A program made the position numbers and the translations under genes. The notes under the pieces are model-generated. The model did not search any database and was not told where the DNA came from. It saw only the letters and a program-made list of their open reading frames with translations. A DNA stretch of 64,000 bases from Octopus vulgaris (taxonomy: Eukaryota). This document shows, one piece after another, positions 29,298 to 45,347 of this stretch (the first letter of the stretch is position 1; each line of letters opens with the position of its first letter). The stretch is taken from the NCBI GenBank assembly GCA_951406725.2, contig OX597830.1:74958001-75022000 (forward strand), written 5' to 3'.

Positions 29298-29689
29298 TCA
29301 TTTTTATTTTTATTATTATAACAATATGTAGAGAAACTGCAGTGGAGCGGTACAGCAAATCAGGAATGATGTTCTGCTTCCAAGGAAAAATGACTGGTGT
29401 ACCATTCTCCATGGCCACGCCATCTCCACAAACAATCCCAAACATAAACATACATGAACACACACACACACATGGACATACACACATACACACACACACA
29501 CATAAACACACACACACATCAATGAAACACTGTCCTGGATATGCACCCACACACCCGTGGACCAAGGAAAAAAATAATATCCGAAATGAAGACAACCAGA
29601 AAAGAAAAACAAGCGTAAAATAATATAAAAAGAAAACAAAAAAATTATTTGCTGGGCCATGTTAAAGAAGCTGTAACAAATTTCTTCTA

Positions 29690-29724
<35 letters not shown>

Positions 29725-29772
29725 CTATATATACGTAACATTTCTACACACGTTTCTATGTAAATACACGTT

Positions 29773-29806
<34 letters not shown>

Positions 29807-29889
29807 TGTTGTTGTAGTAGTAGTAGTTGTAGTAGTAGTGGAATTATTAGTTGTAGCACCAGCGATGGTTATATGTGACAAGTATGTAT

Positions 29890-30322
29890 AGGCGCCGCAG
29901 ACGGGACTGTGGGGTTAGAAACTTGCTTCTCAACCACATGGTTCCGGGTTCAGTCCCACTGCGTGACTCTTTGAGCAAGTATCTTCGGGTCGACCAAAGC
30001 CTTCTTAGTGGATTTGGTAGACGGATACTAAATGTAGCCCCCCTTATATATATATATATATGCACACACACACACACACATATGTATGTATGTGTGTATG
30101 TTTGTGGGTCGGTGCCTGACCCTCCCCCACCATCGCTTGACAACCGATGTTGGTGTGCTTATGTCCCCGTACATTAGCGGTTACGCCCAAAGAGAACGAT
30201 GGAATGAATACTAGGCTTACAAAGCACAGGTCCTGGAGTCATTTGTTCGACTAAAGGCGGTGCTCCATTATGGCCGCAGTCAAATCACTGAAGGGAGAAA
30301 AAGTGCAAAGGAATAAAAGAAT
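29890..30322 (+). mobile_element. tRNA-derived SINE family A, full length
   Basis: B-box-like ggttcagtccc, conserved body ggatttggtagacgga, tail ggcggtgctcca..atggccgcagtc. Confidence 0.85.
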
Positions 30323-30353
30323 ACAAACAAAAACACGTTAACACATACACACT

Positions 30354-30390
<37 letters not shown>

Positions 30391-30534
30391 ATGCACACAC
30401 ACACACACCGGCGGACACACACAAACATGCATCCACAATGATACAAACTTTGCATATATATATATATATATATATTAATAAATACAAATATACATATGTA
30501 TGCATGTTTCTACACACAAACACGCACACACACA

Positions 30535-30572
<38 letters not shown>

Positions 30573-30708
30573 AAAAGAAACCACCACAGGAATTAGCAAA
30601 TTTTAATTAGGTTCGATTTAGTTCTGTGATCCAAATTTTGTTTCAGTCTTTGACATTTCTGCCACTACGATCAATAAATAAGAATGATGATGATAGTGAT
30701 TATGAATA

Positions 30709-30822
<114 letters not shown>

Positions 30823-32148
30823 TATATATATATGCATATATCCTCAAATAACGCATTCGATAGCAACCAAGTTCTAACTTACACAGATTGTTTGTAACAT
30901 TTGTTATACGTATGTAGGAGTATGTATTTGCATAAAGCCTGCGTGTAATATACATATACATACATACACACACATAAACACACATATACATATATATACA
31001 TACATACATATATACATAATGTATATATATGTACATCATGTGTGAATATATATGCATATATATATATATATATATACATATAATGTGTTTGTGCAAATAT
31101 ATCTATCTATTTTTCTATAAAACTATTTGGGTATGTATATATATATGTACCCACACACACACACACATATATATATATGTCCTTATATATATAAATTTAT
31201 TTATTTATACGCACATACACACATATATATACATGTGTACGTACATACATATATCTATGTGTGTGTATGTTTGTATGCATATATGTATACACAAATACCT
31301 ATGCTTTAACCGCTGTGAATTAATTACATTTATACCTGTATATTAATATAAAGAGGAGAATATATATTAATATGAATAAATATGCATTCGCACAGACAAA
31401 CGATCTCTCTTTTTCTTTTTCTTTCTCCTTCTCTCCATTTCTTTCTCTCTTTCTCTCTCTCTCTCACTCACTCTCTCCCTCTCTCTCTCGCTCTCTCTTT
31501 GTCTCATTCATTTGCAATCGTATAGATTTATATAGCTGTATTGATACGCTTCAATTCCCTAACCTAAGGAATATATAAACGCATTGAATTTTATGATATA
31601 TGTATGCATGTAGGTATGTGCATACATACATGTGTAAGTGTGCATACACATATATGCATACCCTTCATAATACGTACTTACAGATATATATACATGTGTG
31701 TATATATATATATATATATATTTATAACTATATATATTATATATATATATATAAATATATATATAATATATATATTTATAAATATATATATTATATATAT
31801 ATTTATAACTATATATATTATATATATATTTATAACTATATATATATATATATATATTTATAACTATATATATTATATATATATATATATATACAAACAC
31901 ACACACATATATATATATAATGTGATATATATATAATATGATATATATATGTATATATGATATATATATACTTAGACGCATATATATATATTGATTGTAG
32001 ATGTATATGTATATTTTTAATATAGCTGTATGCTTATATATGAACATAAATAAATATACCTCTACAGATATTCGCATGTATACACATGTATACAGTTTCA
32101 CAAACGCACAGACACAGATACACAGATATGCAGTACACACATATATGA

Positions 32149-32230
<82 letters not shown>

Positions 32231-33009
32231 TTATATCTATCCATATGTGTGTGTGTGTGTGTGGCTGGCATATTTTCATACGCACACGTGTTTCCTTGTA
32301 TCTTTGTATTACGTTATGTATACGTATATATCATAATTTATGGTTAGATAAATAATGCCCACAAGCACACACAAACATGATACATTCGTTACATAGGTTT
32401 TATATCAAAACTCTCTTTCTCTGTACGTATAGTTCTTTCTCTCTATGGCGTACGAGAGCGTGTGAATATATCAGTAATATAGTTGTTTATTTATGCATGT
32501 GTGTTATATATACATCTTTATATTTTCTCACTGGCAAACACAAAATACTATATAAATGTATTTGTCGTTTTCTCTCACTCTGATTGATTGCAATGTTTAC
32601 ATATTGTCTATTAGTCTCTGGTGAACGGTAAAATGTTATATTTGTATTTGTCCAAAGACACATAAAATACATACTTAAATATATAGCTTATTCATGCCTG
32701 CTTTGTATGAAACGAGGCCAATATACGGTGTTCCCATACGAACAGGTATGTGACACTATATTGAAAGAGAGGGGGAGACACAGAGAGAGAGAATATTTAC
32801 AATACATGGAATTAGGAATCAGAGTGTAGTGTGTAATATAGATAGATAGAACAGGTGTGATGTATGAGGTATGTGCATTTGTATAAAGGTATACGTCTTT
32901 AAAAAATAATACTCGCTCACATATGCATTTAGAAATATGAACATATTTTCACACACACTTTCGTATTCATATATATTTGTATCTCCATAGCGATAGACAT
33001 GTGTACATG

Positions 33010-33075
<66 letters not shown>

Positions 33076-33076
<1 letters not shown>

Positions 33077-33300
33077 TCTCTTTTTACTCTCTTTTACTTG
33101 TTTCAGTCATTTGACTGCGGCCATGCTGGAGCACCGCCTTTAATCGAGCAACTCGACTCCGGCACTTATTCTTTGTAAGCCCAGTACTTATTCTATCGGT
33201 CTGTTTTGCCGAACCGCTAAGTGACGGGGACATAAACACACCAGCATCGGTTGTCAAGCAATGCTAGTGGGACAAACACAGAGACACAAACACACTTACA

Positions 33301-33371
<71 letters not shown>

Positions 33372-33532
33372 CGGGCTTCTTTCAGTTTCCGTCTACCGAA
33401 TCCACGCACAAGGCTTTGGTTGGCCCGAGGCTATAGTAGAAGACACTTGCTCATGGTGCCACGCAGTGGGACTGAACCCGGAACCATGTGGTTGGTAAAC
33501 AAGCTACTTACCACACAGCCACTCCTGCGCCT
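33076..33532 (-). mobile_element. tRNA-derived SINE family A, full length
   Basis: Minus strand begins aggcgcaggagtggctgtgtggtaag (A box) ... ggttcagtccc (B box); internal (TA)n; gagt-type tail. Confidence 0.9.
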
Positions 33533-33607
33533 ATATATATATATATATATTTACGTAAACATACATACATTAACATACATACATACATACACACTCTCTG
33601 TCTCTCA

Positions 33608-33649
<42 letters not shown>

Positions 33650-35354
33650 GAGAAAGAGTGTTGATGGATATAGAAATATATGTATTCCTGAATATGCGTA
33701 CGTGTGTGCGTATATTTTGCATATGTGCTGTCTGGGACACTCGGGTTCGTCTGACGTGTTATTCTACGCTCTGTATTAGCCCCAGCCCCAGCTTAACCGC
33801 ATGACCTAGGGTAATTCTCGTATTAGCTTTAAAATAATAACCTGTTTCACATATGCATTTCTCTCTGCCTGCCACAATCTTCCCTCCCCGCATTCTCTCC
33901 CTCTCTTTAATATACTTATATGTATATACGTGCATGTTTATATATCTATGTGACTGTATATACGTATGTATGTAGACTCAACTCACACATGCACTCACAA
34001 ACACCACATGCACACACACTCTTACATGCACAGACATATACACATGCACTCATAAACTAATATACGCAGTCACAAACTCACAGAGTCGTTTAGTCGCCAG
34101 TATGCAAATTTCTTTCCATTTAGATCAGTCACGAACATTCTGTGGCCTTACGGACTTCCTGAATTACACACTTAAAGAAAAATTACAAAACCCTTTAGTA
34201 ATGTGACTTCTATGGTAATGAACTATATCTCATCTCTTGCGGTCCGTTTCTCGAACAATGTTGGAGGTTTAAATCCTCCATAGCTCATCTCGATGGTGAC
34301 TAGTCTAGTTGTGAAGAGCATCTGTTATTGAAGTGGTATTCGCATTTTAAATCTATCACTACAATATTAATATAACCTCTTCTTTTGAATCGGGAACCTC
34401 CGGTTTAGAACCCCTGCATTAGGTAGTAGCTTCGAGATTTCGATGATGTAATTGTTTTATTTCTAGAATAACATTTTACGGTATGTATGAGACATTAGAT
34501 CTAGCGAGTTTAAATTCTAAATTGTTGAGCCCTGTAAAGAAGTAAACATATATTGTTCTATCTTCATTAATTCTTACATCTATAGACGTATTTTGTTGTA
34601 TATAATCCACCAGAAATGACTACCTCTCGACCCTCAGTAGATCTCTCTGAAAATGGTATTCATTACATTTATGGAATATTTATTATTTCTCGCTTTCATC
34701 CGTCCGTTACGGATTCATTTGCGGCTAACTTAAATGAAAATAACTAATGAATACTGTATAGCTTAGCAAATACGAGTCTTTACTCCAACAGTGGCTGACA
34801 AGATGAATCACCCACGAAAGGTCTTAATATACCGTGAACTAAATTGTATTAGATACTCCTCATTGCCATATCACAGTTTATTTGAAGCCCATTATTTCCG
34901 TGTTTGCTTAATCCATAATGACATAAAGTCATAGCCACCACTATGGGGTTACAATGGTGCCCTCACGTCGATTCAATGTGCGTGGCTTACTTTACACGGC
35001 TTTGTTTTACATCTGTTTGTTCCCTATCTGCATGTCTGAAAGTGCTGCTTTGCGTGTTAGTGTGAGTATTGGTTTGTGTGTGTGTGTGTGTGTACATCGT
35101 CAAGACCTTGTTCACTCGCATGCGAAACTCAGGGTAGCAAAGTATGAATCGACGAAAACATAAATTAGTATTAGTCTCTACTATGGTGTCGGGTGTCCCT
35201 TCTTCTGACAGTCAAAACTAAACGGATTTACATGTAAAAATGTATATACACATACACATTCCACACGCACATTCACACACACACACACACACACATATAT
35301 GCATGCATATGCGTATTGACACACCCTCCACATATACATGCATATATATGTATA

Positions 35355-35448
<94 letters not shown>

Positions 35449-35488
35449 ATATACATATATACATATATATATATATTTATATATATTA

Positions 35489-35578
<90 letters not shown>

Positions 35579-36056
35579 TATGTATATATATATATAAATA
35601 TATATATACATATTTTGTACGTCATCGTATGTTTGCACGTGTGTGCTTGAAGGTGTTTATAATATTCTCTGTGTGTGTGTGTGTGTGTGTCTGTGTGTGT
35701 GTCTCTGTGTGTGTTGTTTGTTACTCTGTGTATTGGTTTAAAAAATCAAATAGAAAAATCACCCATTTGAATGCATAGCTGAATACAGAATCACAAAATA
35801 TTTCCAATAGTTTACTAACACAGTATTACCAAATGAATATATTTACACACGTTCATGCACATAAAGTGTCACATTTGTGCAAACTAATAAGTTCTCATAG
35901 AGGCATACACGCAATGAAAAACATACGCAGAATGATACAAATATGTAATTCATTTTGGCTGGGTATTTAAGTTGCGCCTGATGGAATATTCAATCAATTC
36001 GATTGAATAATCCGTCGTCAAGTAAAATTGAAAATCACAGTGAAACTGCATTTTGA

Positions 36057-36115
<59 letters not shown>

Positions 36116-36149
36116 CGCACGCACACAGGCATCATTTTGTCTCGGAAGA

Positions 36150-36350
36150 CAATGGAGTTGCGCATAAAATAATCTCCACTTTTGCGCAGGCCTGGGCTAG
36201 ATGTTAAAATATCCTGGGTAGCCCAATCGTCAGGATTCTTCTCTCGGCCTTGCTGACGTAGTCCAAAGAGATGCAGAGCATTAAGTTTGGCACCAGCTTG
36301 GATGCAGGAGCTGCGGGAAGAGTGTCGTGTCGAACACTGAACCGCCTACT
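36150..36350 (-). mobile_element. RTE-like 5' region fragment / non-autonomous element
   Basis: Minus strand gctggtgccaaact...ttggactacgtcagc..ggccgagag...tgggctacccagg...gcccaggcctgcgc is colinear with 55320-55475. RTE identity is recalled from similarity and not verified. Confidence 0.45.
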
Positions 36351-37384
36351 TCAGATTTCTTTGAAGTTTGACTCCTTTTCGAAGCCTATACCGAATACTC
36401 TCAGTGTGTATATGTGTGAAAGTCAGATATACATAAACAAAGTCTTTTGCATCTTGGTTTCATGGTAAATGTTATTGCAACAGTGGGATGTATGCCTGCT
36501 GCTCTCGGTGGGCTGCTAGGCTCCCGAATTTACTGGGAACCTCTTAACAAATTGCTCATCAATCAGATACTGCTTCATCAGCCGGTTCAAAGAAACCCGT
36601 TGTTCATGACCGAAACACCTTTATTATCAACCATTGAAGCACTTTATAAACCCGCCTAGATCAGTGAATGAAGCGATTTTCTTTTTCGGCATGTTTTAAT
36701 TCGAGAAGATTCTGTTCCCAATTGATATAAGTCGTTGGCCACTGACGGATTTTTTGCCTTAAATCAGAAAACCCGTCAACTGAGTCAGGCTACATATGCC
36801 GCATTCTATGCTAAAAAAATCTACCTCTTCGTAGGTTACACGATTTATCGGATTATGCGTTAGCTTGTAATTACATTATGGTGGGATTTTGATACAGACA
36901 CACACGCACACTCACACATGTATTGATAATGTTATATACTTATGTTTGCCTATAAATAAGATTTTTTTAAATAATGTTATTCCTAACATACATAATGATA
37001 ATTTCATTAGGAAAAAAAGCATAGATTGTTGCATCTAGTAAAGCCCCGCACGTTTTACGCTTTTTTTTCTGTTCCCTTCTGTGTATATACAAATGCGTAT
37101 CGCTGATTCTTTGTAATATGTAACCGATATTGTTTGTGGAAGGTTTCAATTGAAAATAACATTTAACCCTACTATGCATATCTATCGCATGTTGCAAATA
37201 TTAGAATTATCCGGGGGTTTTTTTAAAGATAGAAAATTGCTATTTTCTTTAGTATTAGTGGTAAAAAAAATATGACTTGTTTGGCAGAATCGTTTCCGAA
37301 CGGGACGAAATACTTGGCAGTGTTTTTTCCGTGTTTACGTTCGCCGGGGTCGCATATACGTTTCCTTATTATTCCTTTTTCCTC

Positions 37385-37701
37385 GCCCTTTTCAAGCCTA
37401 GCCAGGCTCATGGGTCCGGCTTCCCGGTGTCTGAGGCGTATGTGTAACCCCCTCCCCCGGCTGGACGGGACGCCAGTCCATCGCAGCGTTACTCAAGAAA
37501 CAGGAAGAGAGCGTGAGAGAAAGTTGTGGCGAAAGAGAACAACGGAGGTCATCCCCCCCCACACACACACACACTGCCGGAACCTCGTGGAGTTTTATAT
37601 GTTTTCGCTCAATAAACACACAACGCCCGATCTGGGAATCGAAACTGCGATCCTCCGACCGCGAGTCCGCTGCCCTATCCACTGGGCCATTGCACCTCCA
37701 C
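37385..37701 (-). mobile_element. tRNA(Arg)-like-headed SINE (family D tail)
   Basis: Head tggcccagtggatagggc...gtttcgattccc (A and B boxes); 3' part gagtaacgctgcgatggactggcgtcccgtccagc...cccatgagcctggctagg shared with 60030-60265. Confidence 0.8.
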
Positions 37702-38159
37702 GTTTCATTATTATGGTGCCGATAAAATAGACACCAGTTGAACAGTGCGTGTCTGTGTAATCCATTAACCTCTTCCGAACAAAATTGCAGGCCTTGTCCC
37801 TGTAGTAGAATGAATTAACATTATTGTTGATAAAATAGAGCATTAGACAAAATATCTTGCGGAATTTTACGTATTCTCTACGGTCTGATTTCAAATTCTT
37901 CCTTGAACAACATCAGCTTCCATCCTCCCAGTCAAATACTAGAATCCATAGCATCGGCCAAACCGCCTCTGATAAAATTCCTCACCTTGTGCTTCTCCAT
38001 TCTTAGTTTCAATGCACCCAGCGTCATCTTCCCTTTACATACTTTCAATATCGATAAAGTAAAGTACTTGTCGAGGATGTGGATCGATGGTATCGTCTAA
38101 TACCACGCACTCCTCTAAATCCCTGGCTTTATTCTTAAATCAGACATCAAGACCGTGGG

Positions 38160-38370
38160 TCGGCAGAATCGTTAGGGCATCGAACAAAATGCTTAGCGAT
38201 ATGTCTTTCGGTTCTTTGCGTAAGGACTTGAAATCATACAGGCGAAGACAACTCTGCTTGTCTTCATTTTCGGGTCGATAAATAAAGTCACCGTCAATTA
38301 CTGAAGTCGATGTAATTTACTCATTTATACCCGCCGCAACATCCATACCCTTGTACCTAAAACTGAAATC
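38160..38370 (+). mobile_element. SINE family B, degenerate
   Basis: ggcagaatcgttag...aaatgcttagcg...cattttcgggtcgataaaataaagt matches family B. Confidence 0.65.
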
Positions 38371-39499
38371 AGCACCACCACTGCCAACTACCACCACCGC
38401 CACCATCATCATCATCATCATCATCGTCGTCGTCGTCGTCGTCGTCATCATCGTCATCATCATCATCGTGATCACGATTATTATCATCATACTTCTTTCA
38501 ACAATTTCATGCAAGTTTCTGCTGCATCACCAGATGCACTTTTGTATTTCTGAAACTTGGACAGCTTTGTCGTTTGGGGATTGTACAAATGCGTTTGTAT
38601 GCTACATAAGTTTTACATTGTTGTGTACTTGTTTCCTAATTTGTAGTGTTATTTTAGTGTTTCATTTGTTTATTGTGTGCAATATGTGAAATATGAATTG
38701 TATTATTTCGTATGGGGGGAGGGGGTAGTGATTGTGTTTCGTAAGCGTTGTGTGAGTTACTTTATGTGTAATAGTGACGGGTGTTGATTGTGCAGAATAT
38801 GTGTTGTGTAGGTTGGCGTCGGTGTTTTATTATTGCGAAGTAATTGAATGGAAAAAAAATATGCATGAGTTGGCGGTGAAGTTTGGAATGTGTTATAGTA
38901 TCGATTATGGATTACGCAAGAGTATGTGTTGCGTTATTATATTGGGAAGTGATTGTGCGAAAACATGGGGGATGAGTTATATTCCTACAGATATATAACT
39001 AACAACTGAGAATGTAAGCTGTGCTGTCGGCGGTGTGTGGAATTAATTAATAGAAGGAAATTTTCATGGAAGAAGCGTAGAGTGGCAGCAAAATGCCTTG
39101 TGGTATTTAATTATATTTTTTGAACGATTATCCTGGCTTAGCAACATTTCCCTTTTTATTCTTCCCGTAGGGAAGGCGCTTGCCTATTAAATCTACATAA
39201 GCATTGGTCACAAGCCGACTTCTGCCAAAAACTAGTGGTATCAGCACTCTAACGCCTTCCCCATCTTTGCGACCCCGTGGCTAATTCGAAAACTTTTACT
39301 TATCGTTAAAGCGACGGATTAAGTGAATCGCTAGAGCATTATATTATGGCTTTTTACGTTCTAAGTTCGAATACCATCGAGGACATCCTTGACTTACAAC
39401 CATCTGGGATTTAAATATTACAGTAGCAGTCGACAAGTGGAGTTCTATATCATTGACTAATTTGAATCCTTGTACGTAAACAGAAACGAAATGAAAGCC

Positions 39500-40060
39500 A
39501 GCAAGCAGAATCGTAAGAGCGTGAGAATTGCTTTATGGTACTTGATCCAGGTCAGTGAGTTCAAACCCTGCCGTATTTTTACCCTTTGAAGGTCAATAAA
39601 ATAAAGTACTTATCAAGCACTAGGGTCAATTGTAACAACCAATACCTTCCTCTGGAAAACTTTTGGCTTTATACTTAATTCAGAAAAAAAAACTTATGAA
39701 AACGGCTAATATACAGAACCGTTAGCACGTGGGACAAGCTATTCCGGCATTTTTGTTTCGTTGTTTTCCTATACAGATAAAATCAATTCTACTATCCCTT
39801 TTCCAAGTTCGGTAAAATAAAGTACCAGTCAAGTATTTGACTTACCCAAATTTTCCCTAAAATTGCAGATCTTGTGTAAAAGTTTGAAACATTAAAAAAA
39901 AATATTATTGTTGTACTGAGTTCAAATTCCGCCTTGGACTACTTCGCCTTTCATCCTTTCATCGTTTCAGGGTCCATAAAGTAACGGTTGATTACTGGGG
40001 TTGATTGAATCGACTTCCTCCTTCCCCCCAAATTGCTAGCCTTGTGCCAAAATTAGAAAC

Positions 40061-40062
<2 letters not shown>
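39500..40062 (+). mobile_element. Three stacked SINE family B copies/fragments just upstream of the Lox5 exon
   Basis: Repeated gcagaatcgt/cagaaccgttagcac heads, gagttcaaa B box, ataaaataaagtac core and ...gaaac ends; the last copy is followed by (ATT)n. Confidence 0.7.
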
Positions 40063-40121
<59 letters not shown>

Positions 40122-40148
40122 GTCGTCGTCGTCATTGTTGTTGTTATT

Positions 40149-40502
<354 letters not shown>

Positions 40503-40842
40503 AGCACTTCCGGGCGAACGCTTTGAAAACTAAAATCCATTATATTGACAAATCTAATTTTTGAGAAGCTGATGACAAATAAAAACAAAAAACAAACGAA
40601 GAATTAATTTTTTTTATTTAATTTTTTTTAAACTTTGATGAATGAAAGGAACAAAAAAGAATTAGCAACACCCCCTTCCCCACAAATCCTTCTAAAAACT
40701 CCGCACACGACTACAAACACACAATTCAACAGGCAAAACAAAACCTCAACAAATTTTTCCAAACAATATGATTAAAGGAATATTTTAAACTATACAATAA
40801 ATACAAAATATATTGAACGAATAAACGAAATCAAACAATAAA
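40503..40842 (+). other. Proximal Lox5 3' UTR with candidate poly(A) signals
   Basis: A-rich non-repetitive sequence after the stop codon, with AATAAA at 40578, 40796, 40820 and 40837. The true transcript end cannot be determined from sequence. Confidence 0.5.
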
Positions 40843-41789
40843 ATCAACAAAAGACTAAAAAAGACAACAAAAAATCGTTACAAAAACAATACTATGGAAA
40901 CAATTTACTGACATAAATCTACAAAAAAGAACAAGAATATAAAACAAGACATTATAAGAATTACAACAATACAAAATAAGGGGGAAATATTTTGTAAAAA
41001 TAACATTTAAAGACGAGAGGAAAAAGGGCTGCCTTGGTATATCTTTCGAGCCTTCTATACTGACATGACTCTTGGAAATAAATCCCAAAATATCACGCAG
41101 CATTCACAGCAACAACAGCAATATCGATATGGGAGATTTTCTATGGTCAATCGACTTGCTAGAAATGGCAGTAAAATTCCCGTCAAAAAGTATCGAACTT
41201 GTCTTATAGAAAGCGAAAAAAAGGGGGTGGAAATTATAATAACAATGAATAAAGAGAAACCCAAGACATAGAAAAACAGAGTACAACTTCAAAAACTGTT
41301 ACCAGTTATACACCTAGGAAGTCCGTATGGTCATGTTTAGAATGCTTTTGTCCAGGGCTGACATGGGCTCATATACAAAAACAAAAAAATCATCATCACC
41401 AACAACACTACGACCACCAGCACCAACACCACCACCTTCAATGACAATAATTTATAACGATTTCTTTTGTTGACCTCAAAGACAGACGATATTGTGCACA
41501 ACTATGCAAACGAACATGAAAAATACTAATAAAAACAATGACGTGGGGGTTTACTTAGCATAAAAAAAACCGTGAGACTAAACAATAGAAATATATTAAT
41601 TAATTGGTTATAATTAGAATTTAATTAACGGATCAAAATGATGCTTGGTTGTAAGGATTTAAAATGTAACAAGGATACTGAAATGATTTATTATCGTCTA
41701 ATTTTTCTTTTAAATATTTTACCATTTTTTCGTTAAAATACGTTATAAGCGGTTCATTCATTTTTAAAGAAATATCATGACAATATAAG

Positions 41790-41823
<34 letters not shown>

Positions 41824-42793
41824 TAATAATGATAATAATGATAATAATAATAATAATAATAATGATAATAATAATAATAGTAATAATAATAATAATAATT
41901 GATACTATTATTACAATAATCATTTGTATTATTATCACAAAGTCATCAAACTTGAGAGTAAAGTGTGAGTAGATAGCATAAACACAATATAAGTATTTAA
42001 TTTCATAGATCCTAGATGTAAGGAAGATGAACTAGGTGGAATTTGAACGCAGAATATAAAAAGCGGGAAGAAATATCGGAAGACAATTTTCTCTGCGTAC
42101 AGCGCAATGGCAAATCTGATAATCACCAATGCTATTATTGAAAAGAACAAAAACAAAAAGCAATATTATTAATATTATATTAATATTATTTGAATTGATG
42201 GTATTAATAAAATTGTTATTTTATTCTTATTATTGTTATTATTACACTAGTTGATAGACAGAATTGGTAGAGCGTTCCACAAAAATCCTTGCGGTATTTC
42301 TTTCTGCTGTTAACGCACTACGTTCAAAATGCATCGCGGACATCTTTGACATTCATCACAACGTGGTCGGTGCCCTAAAGTATCAGCCAAGAAAGGGGTC
42401 AATATCATTGACCTACTGACACATACTGACAAGCATTTGACAATATCTGAAATATAGTTACCTTCATCACCAGTATCATTATGTTCAGAATCAATAAGTT
42501 ATGCTTGCTAATTTTACTAACTAGGAATTCCTACTAGATATATGCAAAAGTATAATTCGAGTTATGCTTAGAAAGAAAGCACGTTACCAGAATTTCTGAC
42601 GGAATTCGGATACTACAAACCATTCCAAATCATAGTTAAACTGTGTGAGTGACGATTTGATAAGGAAGAATTTACGTGATAGAAGAAATTTATTTTATGC
42701 CTATTGCGCAACTCTCTGTAACGGACGTATGGAATGCATTCAAACTGTAACTACTTGGTTTGATTTCATTATCGTAATATATAATGGTTACAT

Positions 42794-42827
<34 letters not shown>

Positions 42828-43085
42828 AGTGCGTGTGTGTGTGTGTGTGAGTGCGTGTGCGTGTGTGTGTGTGTTTGTATGTATATACATATATATGTTT
42901 ATGTATGTATGTATATATGTATGTACATTTATATATTCTGTAATGATGTCACTTTGGATGGCTACAAGGACAAATATTATTTTTATTATTACTAAAACTA
43001 CTACTACTAATACTATTAGTGTACAACCACTACTAACATGGTTATAAAACAAGTTTTTGGTATTAGGATATAGATAAAAATACAT

Positions 43086-43134
<49 letters not shown>

Positions 43135-43202
43135 TATGCATATATATATATATATATATATATAAATACATATACATACATATATATATATGCATATATA
43201 TA

Positions 43203-43247
<45 letters not shown>

Positions 43248-43267
43248 GTATGTATAATATATATATG

Positions 43268-43348
<81 letters not shown>

Positions 43349-43560
43349 TTTAGATCACTGGTAACCTAAGCTCATAGCAATGCGGTCTGAGTGGTCTATT
43401 TGATAAGCTACTAGGCTCCAAGTTTCCAACAGAGAGTTGTGATAGCTGATGTCCAGTAAGGTGAAAACCGGCGATCCGGAGCCTACCTGCGATTCAGTAG
43501 AAATAAATTGATAGGTGAGGATTGAAAGTTTGTCCTGCCTTGATGCTTTATTCCTCTTCT

Positions 43561-43624
<64 letters not shown>

Positions 43625-44034
43625 CTCAGAAAAATACATATAAACATGGTCATATATATGACCATATATATAACCATGATCATATATTAGCATATACGTA
43701 AAATTTTGAGTTTCGTATCGTAGAAGAAATATACAAATACATGGTAAAAATTACATTAGACTGTACATAGGTCAGATAGAAATAAGGTAATCTGTAATAC
43801 ATGTATGACAGAAGTTTACATTCCAATCATGCAACGAACCGATATTTATGTCATGCCTATGTAGTTATGCTTCCGCGTATGTGTATATGTATGCGTATGT
43901 GTCTGTGTGTGAGTTTCTGTTTGTGTGTGCGTAGTGGTGCCAGTGTTGATCTAATTAATGCTTTGAGCAGAGTAGTGAGATCATTGTTAAATTAGACAAA
44001 AGTAAAACAATGACGTGTTTCGGAAATAAGCTCA

Positions 44035-44073
<39 letters not shown>

Positions 44074-44285
44074 AAACAGGCACATGCACGCAAGCACATG
44101 CACACACAGTTATAATAATATTATATATGTTGTATAAGTGTTATATAGGTGCACACATATCAATACATACATATACATACATACATAAATACATACATAC
44201 TTACACACACATACATAGATGCATTACTACATACATACACACATACATACATACATACATACATACATACATACATACATACATG

Positions 44286-44331
<46 letters not shown>

Positions 44332-44652
44332 CATACATTTCAATAGTCTGAGAAGCTCAAATTTCCCACACAATTTCAAATCCGTACAGAAACAACGAAC
44401 TTATTGAAAGTTATTTTTAATATAAGCAATTAATAAATTGAGCATAAACTTACGTTATACGCATACGGGAGTTTATTACTCTTTAGGATAAGTCATAATA
44501 CATATGCATGTATGTATACATACATACATGTATATATATATATATATATATGTGTGTATTTATAAGTGTGTATGTATACATATATATACATATGTATTTA
44601 TAAGTATGTATGTATATATATAAATATATATATATATGTATTTATAAGTATG

Positions 44653-44687
<35 letters not shown>

Positions 44688-44702
44688 GTGTGTATTTGTG
44701 TT

Positions 44703-44762
<60 letters not shown>

Positions 44763-44883
44763 CAAACGCACGAGCTCTCACGATTATGCACTTGCGTTTC
44801 ATGACACGAATACATGTGAACACATATAGTGCACATGTACACGCTCGAACACCTATATACATATATGTGTGTTTGTGGTTTGG

Positions 44884-44920
<37 letters not shown>

Positions 44921-45309
44921 TACGTATAGACTTATTTACAAACACACGTTCAGCAATCATCAGCCTTCTACGAATATTGCCCCATTATTAAAACAGTCCC
45001 CACACGGTACATAAATTATTGAAAGAAAATTTTGTTTTATTTGTGTCAGTTTCCAGCAATATTTCCGAGTTTTCTTAGCGTTTGATATCAAACAGAAGTG
45101 CTACATATTAGTACAAGCTGATCACATAATAGGAATTAGTCGTTACCAAATATTCGCCATTTTGTCTTATATACATATAGGAATACAAATATATATATAC
45201 AAACATATGTATAATGAAAATGTATATATATATATATATGTATATGTGTTTATAACTGTGTATATATGTACAACATTGAAATATATGGTTATATACATAA
45301 ACACGTATC

Positions 45310-45347
<38 letters not shown>

